Notes: generated by a model not told the origin, from the letters alone. A stretch of 63,895 nt of DNA, filler included, from Pelomyxa schiedti (GCA_020536535.1; 20 parts of 20 records of this genome joined end to end with filler, not necessarily neighbours in it); one strand, 5' to 3'; positions 10,262 through 22,888 are shown, numbered from the whole stretch's first letter. Program-made: numbers and translations.

Positions 10262-13200
10262 ATGGCAAAGACAACAACACACAGCCACGACGACGCGAAG
10301 TACGTTGTGGATCTCAACGAACGAGTTGGTGCGGGTGACACCGACGCGATGTGTGATCTTGCCGACTGTTACCTGAATTCCAAACGCCGTGTGCACAGAG
10401 ACTGCACCAAAGGCGTGTTGTTGTTGCATCAAGCTGCCGACGGGAACAACACCAGAGCCATGGTGGAACTTGCCGAGATCTACAAGGAGGGAGGGTACGG
10501 TTTGGCCAGAGACAAACCCAAAGCCGTGTCGCTGCTGGAAAAGGCCGTCAGTGTCGGCGACAACACCGACGCCATGGTCGAGCTTGCGCGGTGTTACCTG
10601 CACCCGAGATTGTATGGGCTGACACAAGACACGGGAAGAGGTGTGTCCCTGCTGCAGCGAGCTGTTGGTGGCAATAACACCAACGCAATGGTGAGGCTTG
10701 CTGATGGATACGTGGGGGCAAAGTATGGGTTGACACAGGACATCGAAAAGGGCATGTCGTTGTTGCTACAGGCTGTGGACTGTGGGAGCTCCACTGCAGG
10801 GCGTGTACTAAAGCTCATAAAGAAAGTTGGCACAGGTGACACTGAAGCAATGTGCGACCTCTCTCGGTGTTACCTGGACCCATGGGGGTGCTTGGCTGAA
10901 GACTACACTAGTGGGGTGTCACTTTTGCAGCAGGCTGCTGAAGGAAACAACACCAAAGCCAAGGTGGAACTCGCCAGTGGTTACATGTATTCACAGTACG
11001 GGCTGACACGAGACAGCACCAAAGGTCTGTCGTTGCTGCAGCAAGCTATTGACTGTGGAAGCACTGAGGCCATGTCAGTTCTTGCTTCCTGTTACCTTGG
11101 GGGTAAGAATGTGGCCAAGGATGTGTACAAGGCACTGCAATGGTACCGAGCTGCTGACAATCCAGATGGCCGGTGGCTGGTGGGGGAGACCTATGTGCTT
11201 GACCACGACATGGACAAGGCCGTGCGAGTGTGGACCATGGCTGCTGCTATGGGTAATGTATACTGCAAGTATAGACTGGGGTGGTTCTACCAGCATGGTG
11301 TGGGTGTGGAGTGTGACCAACTCAAGGCTGTGTCGCTCTTCAATGATGTAACCAGGGTGAAACCAGGATACTCGTGGACACTGGGTGTGTGTTATTTGAG
11401 GGGTGAGGGAGTACCCAGAGACTGGGCAAAAGCAGTGTCACTTTTCAAGCAGGGTAATGTTATCGGAAAGGCATACCTGGGGTGGTGCCACTTGTGGGGG
11501 TGTGGTGTTGAAAGAGATGTCACAAAGGGTGTTCATCTCCTCTCAGAATCTGTTGTTGATGAGTGTCAGATTGCAAGTGTTTTCCTGGGGTATTGTCATG
11601 AAACAGGTCTTGGTGTTGATATGGATCTCAACAAAGCTTCTGTGATGTTTGGCCAATGTGATGAATATGGGGCCAGGCTGCTTGGTGAATTGGGAGTGTT
11701 TTGCCAAAGAGGTGATTGTGGTGCAATGGACAAGGCTCTGGCTGTCAAATATTTCAGGATGGCTGCAGTGGGTGGTGATCCAGTTTCCATGTTTCACCTT
11801 GGTGTGTGCCTAAGGGATGGTGATGGCATTGAGTGTGACATGGATGAGTCACGTCGCTGGTTGGAGGATGCTGCCCTGTTCGGATACAGAGGTGCTTCAA
11901 AGATCCTGTACCCTCCAGATATGCAACAATCCAATGTTGTTGAGGCACTGAAACAACAGATTCAATCTCTGCAGAAATCTGTGGCTGATTTGACAGATCG
12001 TTGCCATCACACCGAGACAATACTTGCTCAAGAACGCATTTCAGTTGCCAATCTGAACAAATCCCTCAAGGAGGAAGTTGACAGGTCCACGTCCTTTCAG
12101 GTTTGTTTTTCAAAAAAAAACCGGACTCAAATAAACTGCTGCAAAACAATGTACACAGGACATCATCAACACAATGACGGCACTGCTTTCAGCAACTGCA
12201 TCTGACTTCAGGGTTGAGAAACTCCTTGGAACTGGATCAAATGCAGCTGCGTTCAAGGTTCAGTATCTCACTGCATTTGACCATAGCATCAGCAACAGTG
12301 CAGACATGTCTACCCCCACACCCTCTTCTTCTGCTCTCGCAACATCATCATCCAAAGCCAAAGAAGAGGAGCTAACAATGAAGAGGGGGAGATACATGGT
12401 GATGAAGGTTCTTTTCAATTGGGAAAACACCCCACAGCAGACAATGCTGAGGCAGAAATACATGGCCGAGTGTGCAACACTCTCATTGCTTCCCAATCAT
12501 CCAAATGTGATCCACCCTCTTGGTGCAATTGTCACTCCTTTGTACATATCTTTTTTCTCTATCTCTGATGATTATCAGTAATGTCAGCAACACAACAACC
12601 AACGCAGCCTCCCAGCCGAGTTCGTTGAGAAAATACCAAGAGATAAGCCTTTCTTCAGAGAGATGTGCTCACACAAGTCACTTGCAATTCTCATGCCCCA
12701 TTGTGGAATCACTTTGTCAGCGTTTCTCTCTCCATTCCTGTCCAAAATGGATAGCAATTCCTCCAACAATGGGAGGATGCTGGAAGTTGCACAGAGTATC
12801 TTTGTTCAAGGATGCAAAGCCATCCAGCACATTGAAGCGCATTCCATTGTTCACAGGTAACTACCCCAGTGATTACGCTCAAACAATTACACACAGGGAC
12901 ATCAAACAGGACAACATTCTTGTTGACCCCGGGAGTGGGGAGATGACACTTATCGACTTTGGTGAGGCCCAGCAGTGCTGCCCACCAAACATGGAGATGA
13001 TGGTCACAGCAACAACCCACATTGCCTCCTGAGCTCAGCAAGTTCCTCAAGATCACCCCTACAGCATCAACAAGAGGTGTCAGTGGTTCTTTGTTCTCAT
13101 TCTCCAAGTGTGACTCATTTGCACTTGCCCTCACAGTCTGGGATGCCCTCCTCCCACAATCACACAAGTTCATTGGGAGTGCAATGAACCAGTACATGAG

Positions 13201-13357
13201 CCAGTTCAACACCAAATCCCTCCTTGATCACTTCAGTGTACCAATGTTTTCCTCATTGCCATCATCCACAGCACTTGAGGCAGTGATGATTGGGATGATG
13301 AACCCAGACAAGGCTGCCAGGGTGTCAGCCTCTGATGCGCTCTCATCTCTGATGTAG
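10262..13357 (+). CDS. Sel1-like repeat + coiled coil + PINK1-like protein kinase (multi-exon; frameshift in activation segment)
   Basis: More than 12 Sel1 repeats (AMVELA..Y..G.G...D..KAV.L...A). Kinase motifs LGTGSNA, VMKVLFNW, HPNVIH, HRDIKQDNILV, DFG, PPE and SKCDSFAL. Introns near 12101, 12542 and 12857; frame change near 13020. Confidence 0.85.
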
Positions 13358-13403
13358 TATTTTGTATTACCACAGTACAAAAAAAGAAACCTGGCAATAG
13401 CTT

Positions 13404-13950
13404 AAATTAATTGGCAAAATCAATTGACAATTAGAGATCAGTCCACAATGGAAATGAAAGGACCAGCACAGTGACCTATTGTGGTGTCATTGTTTTGGTG
13501 CAAGCACCCACAGAGAAAATGTTGTCAACCAGAGAGTGGGGCAGGGAGGCAGTGACATTCAGCCTGCTATCACGCAGTCGACACTCAGCACCCAGTGTCA
13601 GCGGCACCCCTCCCCGCCTGCGCTCCACGCCTCCGACCACGCCCCAGAGCAGCCGCGACACCCCCACCCGGGCAGAAACACCACGCCGAGCTTGTGGTGT
13701 TGTAGCCGCTGGCCCCCACCTCTCTCGTCCTTGCCGCCTGCTCGTCGGCGGTGTATCGGCTCGTCGTGGCGGGCAGGCGGCGCGTTGGTGGTTTCTTATG
13801 CTTGCCACTCGCGCGCAGCACGAACGTAGTGGCGGCGTTGTTGACAAGCTCCCGCAAGCGGGCGACGACGTGGCCGCCTACGGCTGGGAGCAGGGCAATG
13901 CAGAATTGAGGCCACGAGGTACATGCAGTCGTTGTTGTTGTTTGCTGCAC
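13404..13950 (-). pseudogene. Internally deleted member of the expanded lineage-specific family
   Basis: 13425-13476 is similar to the C-terminal coding segment 14233-14283 of the neighbouring paralogue. Confidence 0.45.
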
Positions 13951-14214
13951 TGTGATTTCCCATCACACCCCCCCTCCTCCATCAACTTTCTGAAAGCAAA
14001 CAATTGAGAGAGGGGGATTTACCTTCTTGGTGATGACAGGCTTTCGTCTCAGCAGCCGGCAAGTTGCTGCTCGACCTGGTATCAAGTGTGAGAAAAGAAA
14101 AACAACAAGAACAGGTGTTTCTGAAGGAAAGATAGACAGACAATAAAACCAACATCATATACACTAACACTGATCCATGGTTCTATTTACTACCTTTGGA
14201 ATACTCCAAGGAAG

Positions 14215-14916
14215 TCAATTTGCAAAATCAATTGACAAGGAGAGGTCAGTCAACAATGGAAATGAAAGCACCAGAACAGTGACGTGCTGTGGTGTCATGG
14301 CAGTGTGGTTTCTGAGGTTGGGATCAATAACTGTGATGCATGATTCGGCTGTGTTGGTGTGGAACAAGAACCCCCTGGAACCTTGCAACATGAGTCGCCG
14401 CTTATCACCACCGCCACCCCTCCTGGTGTTGCTTCTTTCTGGTGGAACTGTGGGAATTTTGATAACTTTCAATGGGGTTGTTGTGCCCCTGTTGTTGCAA
14501 TCCCAGATGGGAACATCACCAAGCCGAACTCTTCCATCAAGGAAATACTCCGAGTCATTGAGAGGCCAATACGACCCACCAGAGAGGAGCCTTGCAACAC
14601 CTGTTGATTCTTCCACTTCAAAGTAATGCAGCTCCACTTCAATGAAGAAAGAGCGGGTGCCATCTTTCCTCCTCATTGGAAACGCCGAGTCCAAGCTCAA
14701 GTATCCACGGATTCCAGTCAGGCAACGTGTTGTGCTGACAACTCTCAGTGTTCCACTGCGATGTGTCCCCTCCACGTCAACAACAACGAGTGTTGGGGTT
14801 GTGTCCCTTAAACCGCAGACTGCTAGCATAAGCTCATCCGGTCTTGATGGCATAAACTTCAACTCACACACAGCGAAAATAGTGCAAACAACAGACCGCG
14901 GCAGTGCAGTAATCAC
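14215..14916 (-). CDS. Expanded lineage-specific family (beta-rich, 'WDCN' motif), 5'-partial
   Basis: VVVDVEGTHRSGTLRVVSTT...IWDCNN...GSRGFLFH; clear paralogue of the + strand ORF at 47113. Confidence 0.75.
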   Translation of the reverse strand: MITALPRSVVCTIFAVCELKFMPSRPDELMLAVCGLRDTTPTLVVVDVEGTHRSGTLRVVSTTRCLTGIRGYLSLDSAFPMRRKDGTRSFFIEVELHYFEVEESTGVARLLSGGSYWPLNDSEYFLDGRVRLGDVPIWDCNNRGTTTPLKVIKIPTVPPERSNTRRGGGGDKRRLMLQGSRGFLFHTNTAESCITVIDPNLRNHTAMTPQHVTVLVLSFPLLTDLSLSIDFAN

Positions 14917-15599
14917 AGNNNNNNNNNNNNNNNNNNNNNNNNNNNNNNNNNNNNNNNNNNNNTTAATTAATTAANNNNNNNNNNNNNNNNNNNNNNNNNN
15001 NNNNNNNNNNNNNNNNNNTCCAGAACGGAAACTTTTGTTTTATCGCCAGCTTTCGATTTATCAAAAGCTGTTGCGTGAAGCTGATTTCTGCCAGATGGAT
15101 GAGAAAACGCTGATTAATGATTTTTAGGGTAAGTCTATTGCGGACCGTTGTGCGTGTTGTGTTTTTTTTTTCGTTTTTGTTGTTTTGTGGTGCAGCACAA
15201 CAACAACGGGTGCCAACACCAAGGGAGGACACTCCCAAACACATCCATACCTGAGTGTCCCCCGGTGTGCACCACCGTCAAGGTGGGAAAACGTTTCCGT
15301 AAAAAGCGAACTTGTGTCTATAAAGTTTATGAGATATGGATAACTACCTTTTTGAGAACTTGGAGACAGCTTTATATTGCTGGCAGAGAGTAGTCATACA
15401 CATGATAGGATATTCCAACGCTCTGAGGAGAAAAGCTGTCTCAACGAATTTCGGGATTACCCCAAGGTGGAAACAATCAATGATCCCAGCAAGCCATCCA
15501 AATGAAATGGTTGCCCACAGGGTTAAGAGTTTGGCACAATCAAGAGTGAGTAGTTACTTGCTTGGGCATGGCAAGATTTCAAGCAACAAGGATCAAACA

Positions 15600-17900
15600 A
15601 GTAATGATCTGCGCCTAGGAGAATAACAAGACCCAGAGTGGCATGACGAGGAATGAAGATAAACCAGCAGGAAGGGGGCAAGAAGTTCCTGAATCCAGAG
15701 ATGGAGACACTTGAAAGCGCCGATTCTGAGCAGGAAATTAGAAATTGCAGCATGAGAGGGGATGAAAACCCAAGTGTAGATCTGGCAGCAAGTAAGGAGG
15801 CCATGTATACTGGCATGAGATGGGATGCAGAAACTGTGCAGAGATTGACCCACAAGCTTTGAGAATCACCTGTGTTAAGTAAGGATCTGAAAGGCTGAGA
15901 ATAGGAGTACCTGAGGGTTCCAATTCGGCTGAGTATTCATATTGGAATACAGAAATAGATCATGAATGACTTTGGACTATGTCAGGCAAAAGAATGCGAG
16001 GACACCACATACTTTCATGCACCAAAGGAGCTTTGGCATTTGGCACATCTCTAGCACCGCTATCTATGGAGCAACTGGCGCAGCAATACTCACAGCAAAC
16101 CAGTATCTGCGTGCCAGTATTCACATCATCTGGAGGCACCAGAATGTTTTGATGAAGTTAGTTTGGTGTTTCAATCGAGAATGGTGTTACCCTGCACAAC
16201 ATGGGAGGGAATACGACATGAATAAGTCATTGTAATTCTGATGTCAAGTCAGCAGGAAGCATAGCCGGAATATTTAGTGGCAGGGGAAACGCAAAAGCAC
16301 CAGGAAGGCAGCAATACAGCCAGACAAGAACACCAGCCTTGAATTAGTGTGGAAAGCAAGAAATTGCTCAGCATTCTGGGAAGTTTTCAAAGCGGACTTA
16401 CTACTTGTGTTAGAAGCAAGCTATGAGGAGCTAGACATACCAGAGTTGCCAAGCAGCATCAACCTAGCAACGCGAGCATTGAGAGCAATTCAGCACTGGA
16501 ATTAGGACTGCCATAAGCAAGAATAGTGGGACAAGGTATCACAGTGATCACTGGAACAAAGCTGAAGACTTTGCAATGTGCAAGTGAGACTAATATACAC
16601 TCCTTTTCAAAAGGGAAAAGCAAACACACAGCTCAACAGTAATGCTGCAACGCAGACACTGATCAATTAATTAAGGCAGAATTAGCAGCACGCAAGTAGA
16701 ATTGCAGAAGTGGAAGCCTTGCTCTCAACACCTGTAATCGGCTTAGAATTCAATGCAACCCAATTCAGCATACTTTCTGGAAGAAGTCAAAGATGCAGTC
16801 GGAGTGGTGACAGTGTAATCCGGCAGGAAGGTACAGCACATGGAAAGAAAAGCAGTAGATATTGACATTCAGGGAGTTTTTGCCAAGCTTAGAGCCTGGC
16901 ACTGAGTAGTACTACGCAAAGTGGCAATGCAGACAACCTCAAAGGAATCTTTTACAACCTAAAACAGAATTAGAATTTGAATATCGTGAGAAACAAACCT
17001 GAATTATTTGGAACATCGTAGTAAAGACCTGCAGAGAAGCACAGCTCAGTGTAATATGCAGCAGACACATCTGGAAATTTCGGATTTGCAGAAAAGGACA
17101 TGGCAACGACAGTAATGATGACTTCTCACAACAGGGAGAGCCCTAACCTGCTAGCCACAACCGCAATCCAATCCAGGAACTGCTTTGTACAATTCTAAGT
17201 TGGGTGGAGAGTCAGCAAAACGCAGGAAATACCTTCAGGTTGGAGGGATCTGCAGTGAGCAGCTAGGCATCTACTGTAGTGATATTGGACTACTGGAGCA
17301 CTGAAAACGAATCTGACATGCAAGGCATCATCAACAGCGATTATTGGCAAGAAGGAGGTAGCTTAGAATGGTCAGCAATCACTGAGTAATACACATACCA
17401 AGGGAGTGCAAGCAGAAAACACAAGTTTCCTACAATTCGAACAGAATCCTGGGATGCCACAAATACTGCACTAGAAGGAAGCTGAGAGACGTAGGAGAAG
17501 TGGCAGACACACTGGGAGATACACAAAGCACAGCAAGCAGCATGAAGGACTCAGTATTCTATTCAAGCTGGACATAGTTTTTTGGAGCAGCATTCAATGC
17601 TAATGGAGCCAGTACAGATATGAAGGAACCTTTGTGTGGTGTTAGCAGTGTTGGAGGGAAAGCACAAGTTACCAGCAGCACTGAATTGAAGCAACATTTT
17701 GGGGAATAGGAGTCCTACAAGGTACGAAACTTTCAGCTGAGGCAGGAGTCATGCATCACTGACATTGCCACGGATACCAAGACAGAGGTGAGATGAGAAC
17801 CAATGGCATTGCAAGCAATGATAAATTGTTACCATGAAGCCTTGCAGAACCAAACATCTGAATGGTTAGTATTGAGACCGAATCAAACTACAGACCACAC
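15600..17900. repeat. Degenerate interspersed repeat of unassigned family, CpG-poor and lacking long ORFs
   Basis: The core 'aagtaaggatctgaaag.ctgagaa.aggagtacctgagggttccaatt' at 15877-15925 recurs at 31034-31082 on another contig. Confidence 0.55.
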
Positions 17901-19397
17901 CTACAGTATGGCTGATGTGGCACAAATACAACTTTCCAGTTCAAATTCAAACTCGCGGCAAAGACCACACCTAGTAGCGCATATGGGTACGATGCTATCT
18001 AACTTGAAAAAAAAAAAAAAAATGCACCACTGGATCGCCGCTTCACTGGCAGGATCAACGCACTTGCTGGCAACAAAAACGCAGCCTCGCCGAGCTCTTA
18101 CTGCTCCTACTTTACTTTTCACACCAAGAGCGATCGGCCACGAACCCGGCCGAGTTCATACATGCTCACAAACTATGGCATCATGATCCCGACCATTTCT
18201 ACTTCACCGGACTACCGCCGCGATCCAATTCGTGTCGTCGGCTACGCACCACTGACTGCGCATTTTTTGACTATTTATTATTATGTGAACTCTTGTGATT
18301 GGAACACACATTCGTGCTGAAGAGGAGGGGGAACGTGTGTACTTTAGCAAGTACACGAGCTTTAGCTCTTGGACACTCTGCGGACTCTGTACGAATCTCG
18401 ACTCTCGAGATCCAAGGTGGTGTGTAAGCACAAAATTCCTGCTGGTGGCCCATGTAAAAAGGGTACACAAGTTGCTGTAATGCAGCCCCACTGCTGTGAT
18501 GGTCTGCAACAGCATTTTCACGTTCATGAGGCCTTCAAGGGGAACACTCTCAAAGTGAGGATCAGTGGCTTGTCCATTATCTCCCAGCAGCCTCCCCTAT
18601 TGAGCCAATGCTGTGTCTGTCTATGAACTCATGGATTAATATACTCTGTGATTGGAGAAAGACCAGATGTCCACCTGCTTCAGGTTGGTTTTGATTCTGG
18701 CTTCAATTTGTGTGCCCTTGCTCTTTGAGATAACCTGAATTACCTGGGACTTGACACTTCGGTGTCTGCAAATATGAAGCTTGGGCAAAGTGGCAGTCTG
18801 CTTTGAGAAGGATCCAACATGAAGTGCTTCTGTCAGATACAGGAGATTTTCCCTCTCCCACATCTACTACAACGAATTTTAGGATTGTTTACAATCCCTC
18901 TCAGTCCAGCTCAGCACTGACTGTATCAAAAGAAATTCTGACTGGTGAGGAAGTTGATACCACAGTACCTTCCCTGAGTTCTTCTCCTTGCAACCTGGAA
19001 ATGCATCACAAATTCAACAAACCACAACCTTCACTGTGCATACTCCTCTAGCCCCACCTGTTCTTCTTCAGCAACCTTCAACAACAAGGGAAACCTGTCC
19101 CCAAACAAGCACCTTTGCCTTCATACAGAGACCTATTATGGCCAGCCAGATTACACTGAATGGTAATTCAGAATTTGAAATTGACTAACAAATCATTTAG
19201 GTTTGATAAACTGATTCTATGATGATTCTGAGAGTGGAAATTGATACATAGCTTGGTAGCTGATCAGTGTGCACAGACAGAGTGCAACCAAAACATTCAG
19301 ATTAATAGAACGATGCTTTCTTCGAACGAAATTCTTTTTTGTGATCGCTTCAATGGTGGCGATGAAGCAGTGACAACGATGCCGATGTCGAGCGTGT

Positions 19398-19649
19398 GCA
19401 AATTGTGTACGCGTGGTAGTAGTGCTCGCGTTGCGGCGATGGTGATGTCCAAGAAGTCGTTCCAGTTGTACGTGTCGGCGATGAAGTATGGTGCGCGATA
19501 GAGCGTGAAGGTGATGATGTAGTCCTTGTTGGTAGAACGCAACGAATTCAAGAATCAACACCACAATGTGTACTTGTGTGGGATGTGTAAATTCTTGGAC
19601 ATCACCATCACCGCAACGCGAGCACTACTACCACACATACACAATTTGC
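19398..19649. repeat. 58-bp inverted repeat (19398-19455 / 19592-19649) with a 136-bp spacer
   Basis: The arms are reverse complements except for three G->A changes, all at CpG sites. Confidence 0.9.
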
Positions 19650-20207
19650 CATCATAACGAACAAGAATGAGATCAAGAAAGAGATTCTATTATTTGTTCT
19701 GTTTGTTTGTTGTAGACTTTACTAGCAAATCCTAATAGTATGCATATTATTACTTGAACGGTGTTATGGAACTGGTAAACGGCTGAAAACCCTATCTAGG
19801 CAGCCTGTGATGCTCATAATCCAGTGCTATACATCATACAGGTAAATTACAAAAAAAAAAAAGTACCTGTCACGACGATTTCAAAACCGAACCGCTGCTA
19901 CCTATCATTACATTTTCGAAACTCTGCGGATGCACTCCAAAAAGAGTTCGCCCTGGACTCGTTTTTTTATCTCTCTAATAAAGGAAAAAGACACAGGGAG
20001 GGCCCGGTTATGGGTGGGGTGACTCTGAGAGGAGGATGTCGTGGCTCCGGCTCGCTTCTACAAGCTGCAAGTAATTTGCCTAATCCTACAATTCATTAGC
20101 ACAAGCTTGCACAATACATGCACTACTCACATTTTTGGACTGGTCTGGTAGGCATTTGCCCGTGAGGGTTTCTAGAAAAAGGTTAATGTTGAAGCTTGAA
20201 TGTATAT

Positions 20208-22725
20208 TTATACACTACTTTCCAATACTGCTTGGGCTTCTTCACGTTCAGTTGTGGTGTCTGTGTCAGGTAATGTGGCTACCAGAGGAACATGAGAGCA
20301 GACTTCTGGCCCGCAGATGATAAAAGCATTATGTGGGAGATGTGGAACAACGATCGCGTTAAGAGAGATGAACAAATAGAAACCTAAATAAATTGTGAGG
20401 CAAATATGGTAATACTTACTACATTTTGGAGAAGTTTGGCAAATTTGGCAAAACTTATCGACTTGGTGGGAAAGGTCTTCCTCTTTTGAATCAGACACCA
20501 GCACAAAACCTTGTTCTGATATAAGAACAAAAAAGGTGGAGGCATGTTACATGTTGTCTCTTCCCAAGATCCAGCAACTAATATTGTGACAGGCAGTACG
20601 AAGGTGAAAGGTCCTTCATTTGACAAGATACCTGCTCCGAACTGATGTAATTTCTCAATGTCCAAGTTAAATAGAACTCCAGCCCTGAAATCTGTCTCTG
20701 TTGAGTCATTTGAAAGAAGAATAGCAAAAAACTTTGGGGGTCACTGGAGCACATTCTCTTATGCAAGTAAGACCGCAGCGCACTCCTAGGCTCAGTCAAT
20801 GCTTGAAGACAATAGTTCATGAAGGGAGAAATGTGGGATTTTAACAATTCCGTCCAGCATAAAGCAGGCCAGGTCCATGTCTCCTAAATGGAGCAGGTTT
20901 GTGGACTAACTTTGAAAAAAGAACTACCTGCATGTTGGACCACTTGATCAAAAATCGGCAGTAGCTGAAGGGCACCATACATGAAAAAAGCAGTGGTGAA
21001 AGTGGAAGAACAAGTGACAGAAAATTAGAATTAATTCCATCAGCAATCCCCAATAGTTCCCGTGCATCCCTATCATCCACTGCTTGGAATGTAAATGTAT
21101 CCGTGGTCTTGCTGCAAATTTTGTCTAGATTAAAAATATTTTGCAATCGCTCAAGGCTGTGTAGAGCTTCAGGTTGGCGAACATATCTCCCCGAGGTCAG
21201 TTGAAGGAGGAGAATGTGAGTAATTACTCGATAAAAGAATTCTCCAGTAGATATTCACTTGTCATAGAGACAATGTCTTGTCTTTCATACTCCTTATTCT
21301 TGACCCTGGAAAATCTGTTAGAGTATTCCGGGTTGGAACTGCAAACATTTTAATGAACGCTGTTGTCATCCCTGCTGGGCCCCTGAAGGCTTCCGCCATT
21401 TTCTTCCAGGGAAAGTCATTTCGTGATGCATTTCCAAAGGCACTGGGATAAAACATATGAGAAAACAACTGCTCAGCAACAAGCGGGGTGACAACGGCAT
21501 TCTACAAAGAAGTGACACAGGAGATGCGATATAAAATGCATACCAAAATATTTTCGTATGGTATGGATGAAGCGAGAAATACAGGCAGAATTGTGGGTGT
21601 ACTACCAGAGATGATCACCGCGACTGCTTCCCTGAGTTGATCAAGTTTCCTTGCAAACAGTTAGAATTTTACCACAAGTATCCTTGTGCTACCGCAAAGC
21701 AGTATGTGTCATCACGGGGTCAGAGAAAGGTACCACATTACTTATATACAAAACGCGAAATGGTCCCCACGACGGGTTTGCCTGTTCCAGCTGTGAAAGT
21801 ACAAAACCTTCGTCCAATAGGTCTGAAAAAACGATGTGAACGAGACTGGCTTTGGTTTGCGCATTGATTTCTTCAAGTAATCCTTGAATGTTGTAGTGGC
21901 AGTGGGTCTCTTCGCCTAGATCAAAATCACCAAAAGAATCAAGAAAAAATCACACTCACCGAAACAACACCAGATGAACCCTGCAGAGCACACCACCTTA
22001 CTCGCTGTCACCGTATATATCTTCGTCTTCCACCATATGTTGCCATCCGGACATAGTCTCCACATCCACATTTGTTCGGGGTCGGCTTCTGTTACCCCCG
22101 ATGCCCTTACTTCTGTCACAATGTACTCTGCAGGCGTGTCCGCTCTCACTGTTGACAATTCTGTGGCAGAGAAATGGGGCTGTGGGTATATAAACACAGC
22201 AGGTAGTGGGGGAAGGGGCCGTGAAGAAAATCGTACATGGGGAGACGGCAGTGATAGTGGCGGTGGTGGTGGTGGTTGCTGTCGGGCCAAGCCAGCACCT
22301 TGCATGTATTCAGGGCGTGGATTCATGGAAAAACCTCGCTCTGTTGAAGAAGACACAAAGGCAACAATGACCAGGAATTTCACTTCTGGAGTTTCATTTC
22401 CAAAATCAGAAGATCTCCACATATTGTCGTCGCGAATTTCCGCAATACCGTTCAGTTTGCCAACATGAACAGGCAGGAGGTTGGCTGAAACACGGCGAAC
22501 TTCAGAAAGAAAGTACTCCTTGCCTCTGTGCAACGTGTGTCGCAAGGAGCTCCCTCTGTCAATCAATTCTGTCCATGTAATTTGTGGTATACTTGGGTAG
22601 CATTGATTGCTGCGAATGTGGGTGGCAAGGTCGACAAAGCTAGGCGACGTAACGACAAAGGTGCTGCTCAGTGCATCCAGGAATGTTTTTTCCAACCATT
22701 GAGGTGTACTGTCGGACATTTGCAA
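20208..22725 (-). CDS. Large multi-exon hypothetical protein in a TE-rich contig (some stops; possibly decaying)
   Basis: Consecutive minus-strand ORFs linked by GT-AG introns, e.g. ...IWCCF | GEETHCHYNIQGLLEE...LYISNV | ... | NAVVTPLVAEQLFSHMFYP. Confidence 0.55.
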
Positions 22726-22787
22726 CTCCTACTCCGGCTCAGATCTCGGGTTTATAAAAAGAAATGGATTAGGCATTAAAATAACTC

Positions 22788-22888
22788 TGCAGGGAACATG
22801 TGTCAGAGCAGGGAACATGTGTCAGAGCAGGGAACTGCCTAATCCTGCGATACATGTGTCAGAGCAGGGAACTGCCTAATCCTGTGAT
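22788..22888. repeat. Short tandem repeats (acatgtgtcagagcagggaac x3; tgcctaatcctg x2)
   Basis: Directly visible in the sequence. Confidence 0.85.
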
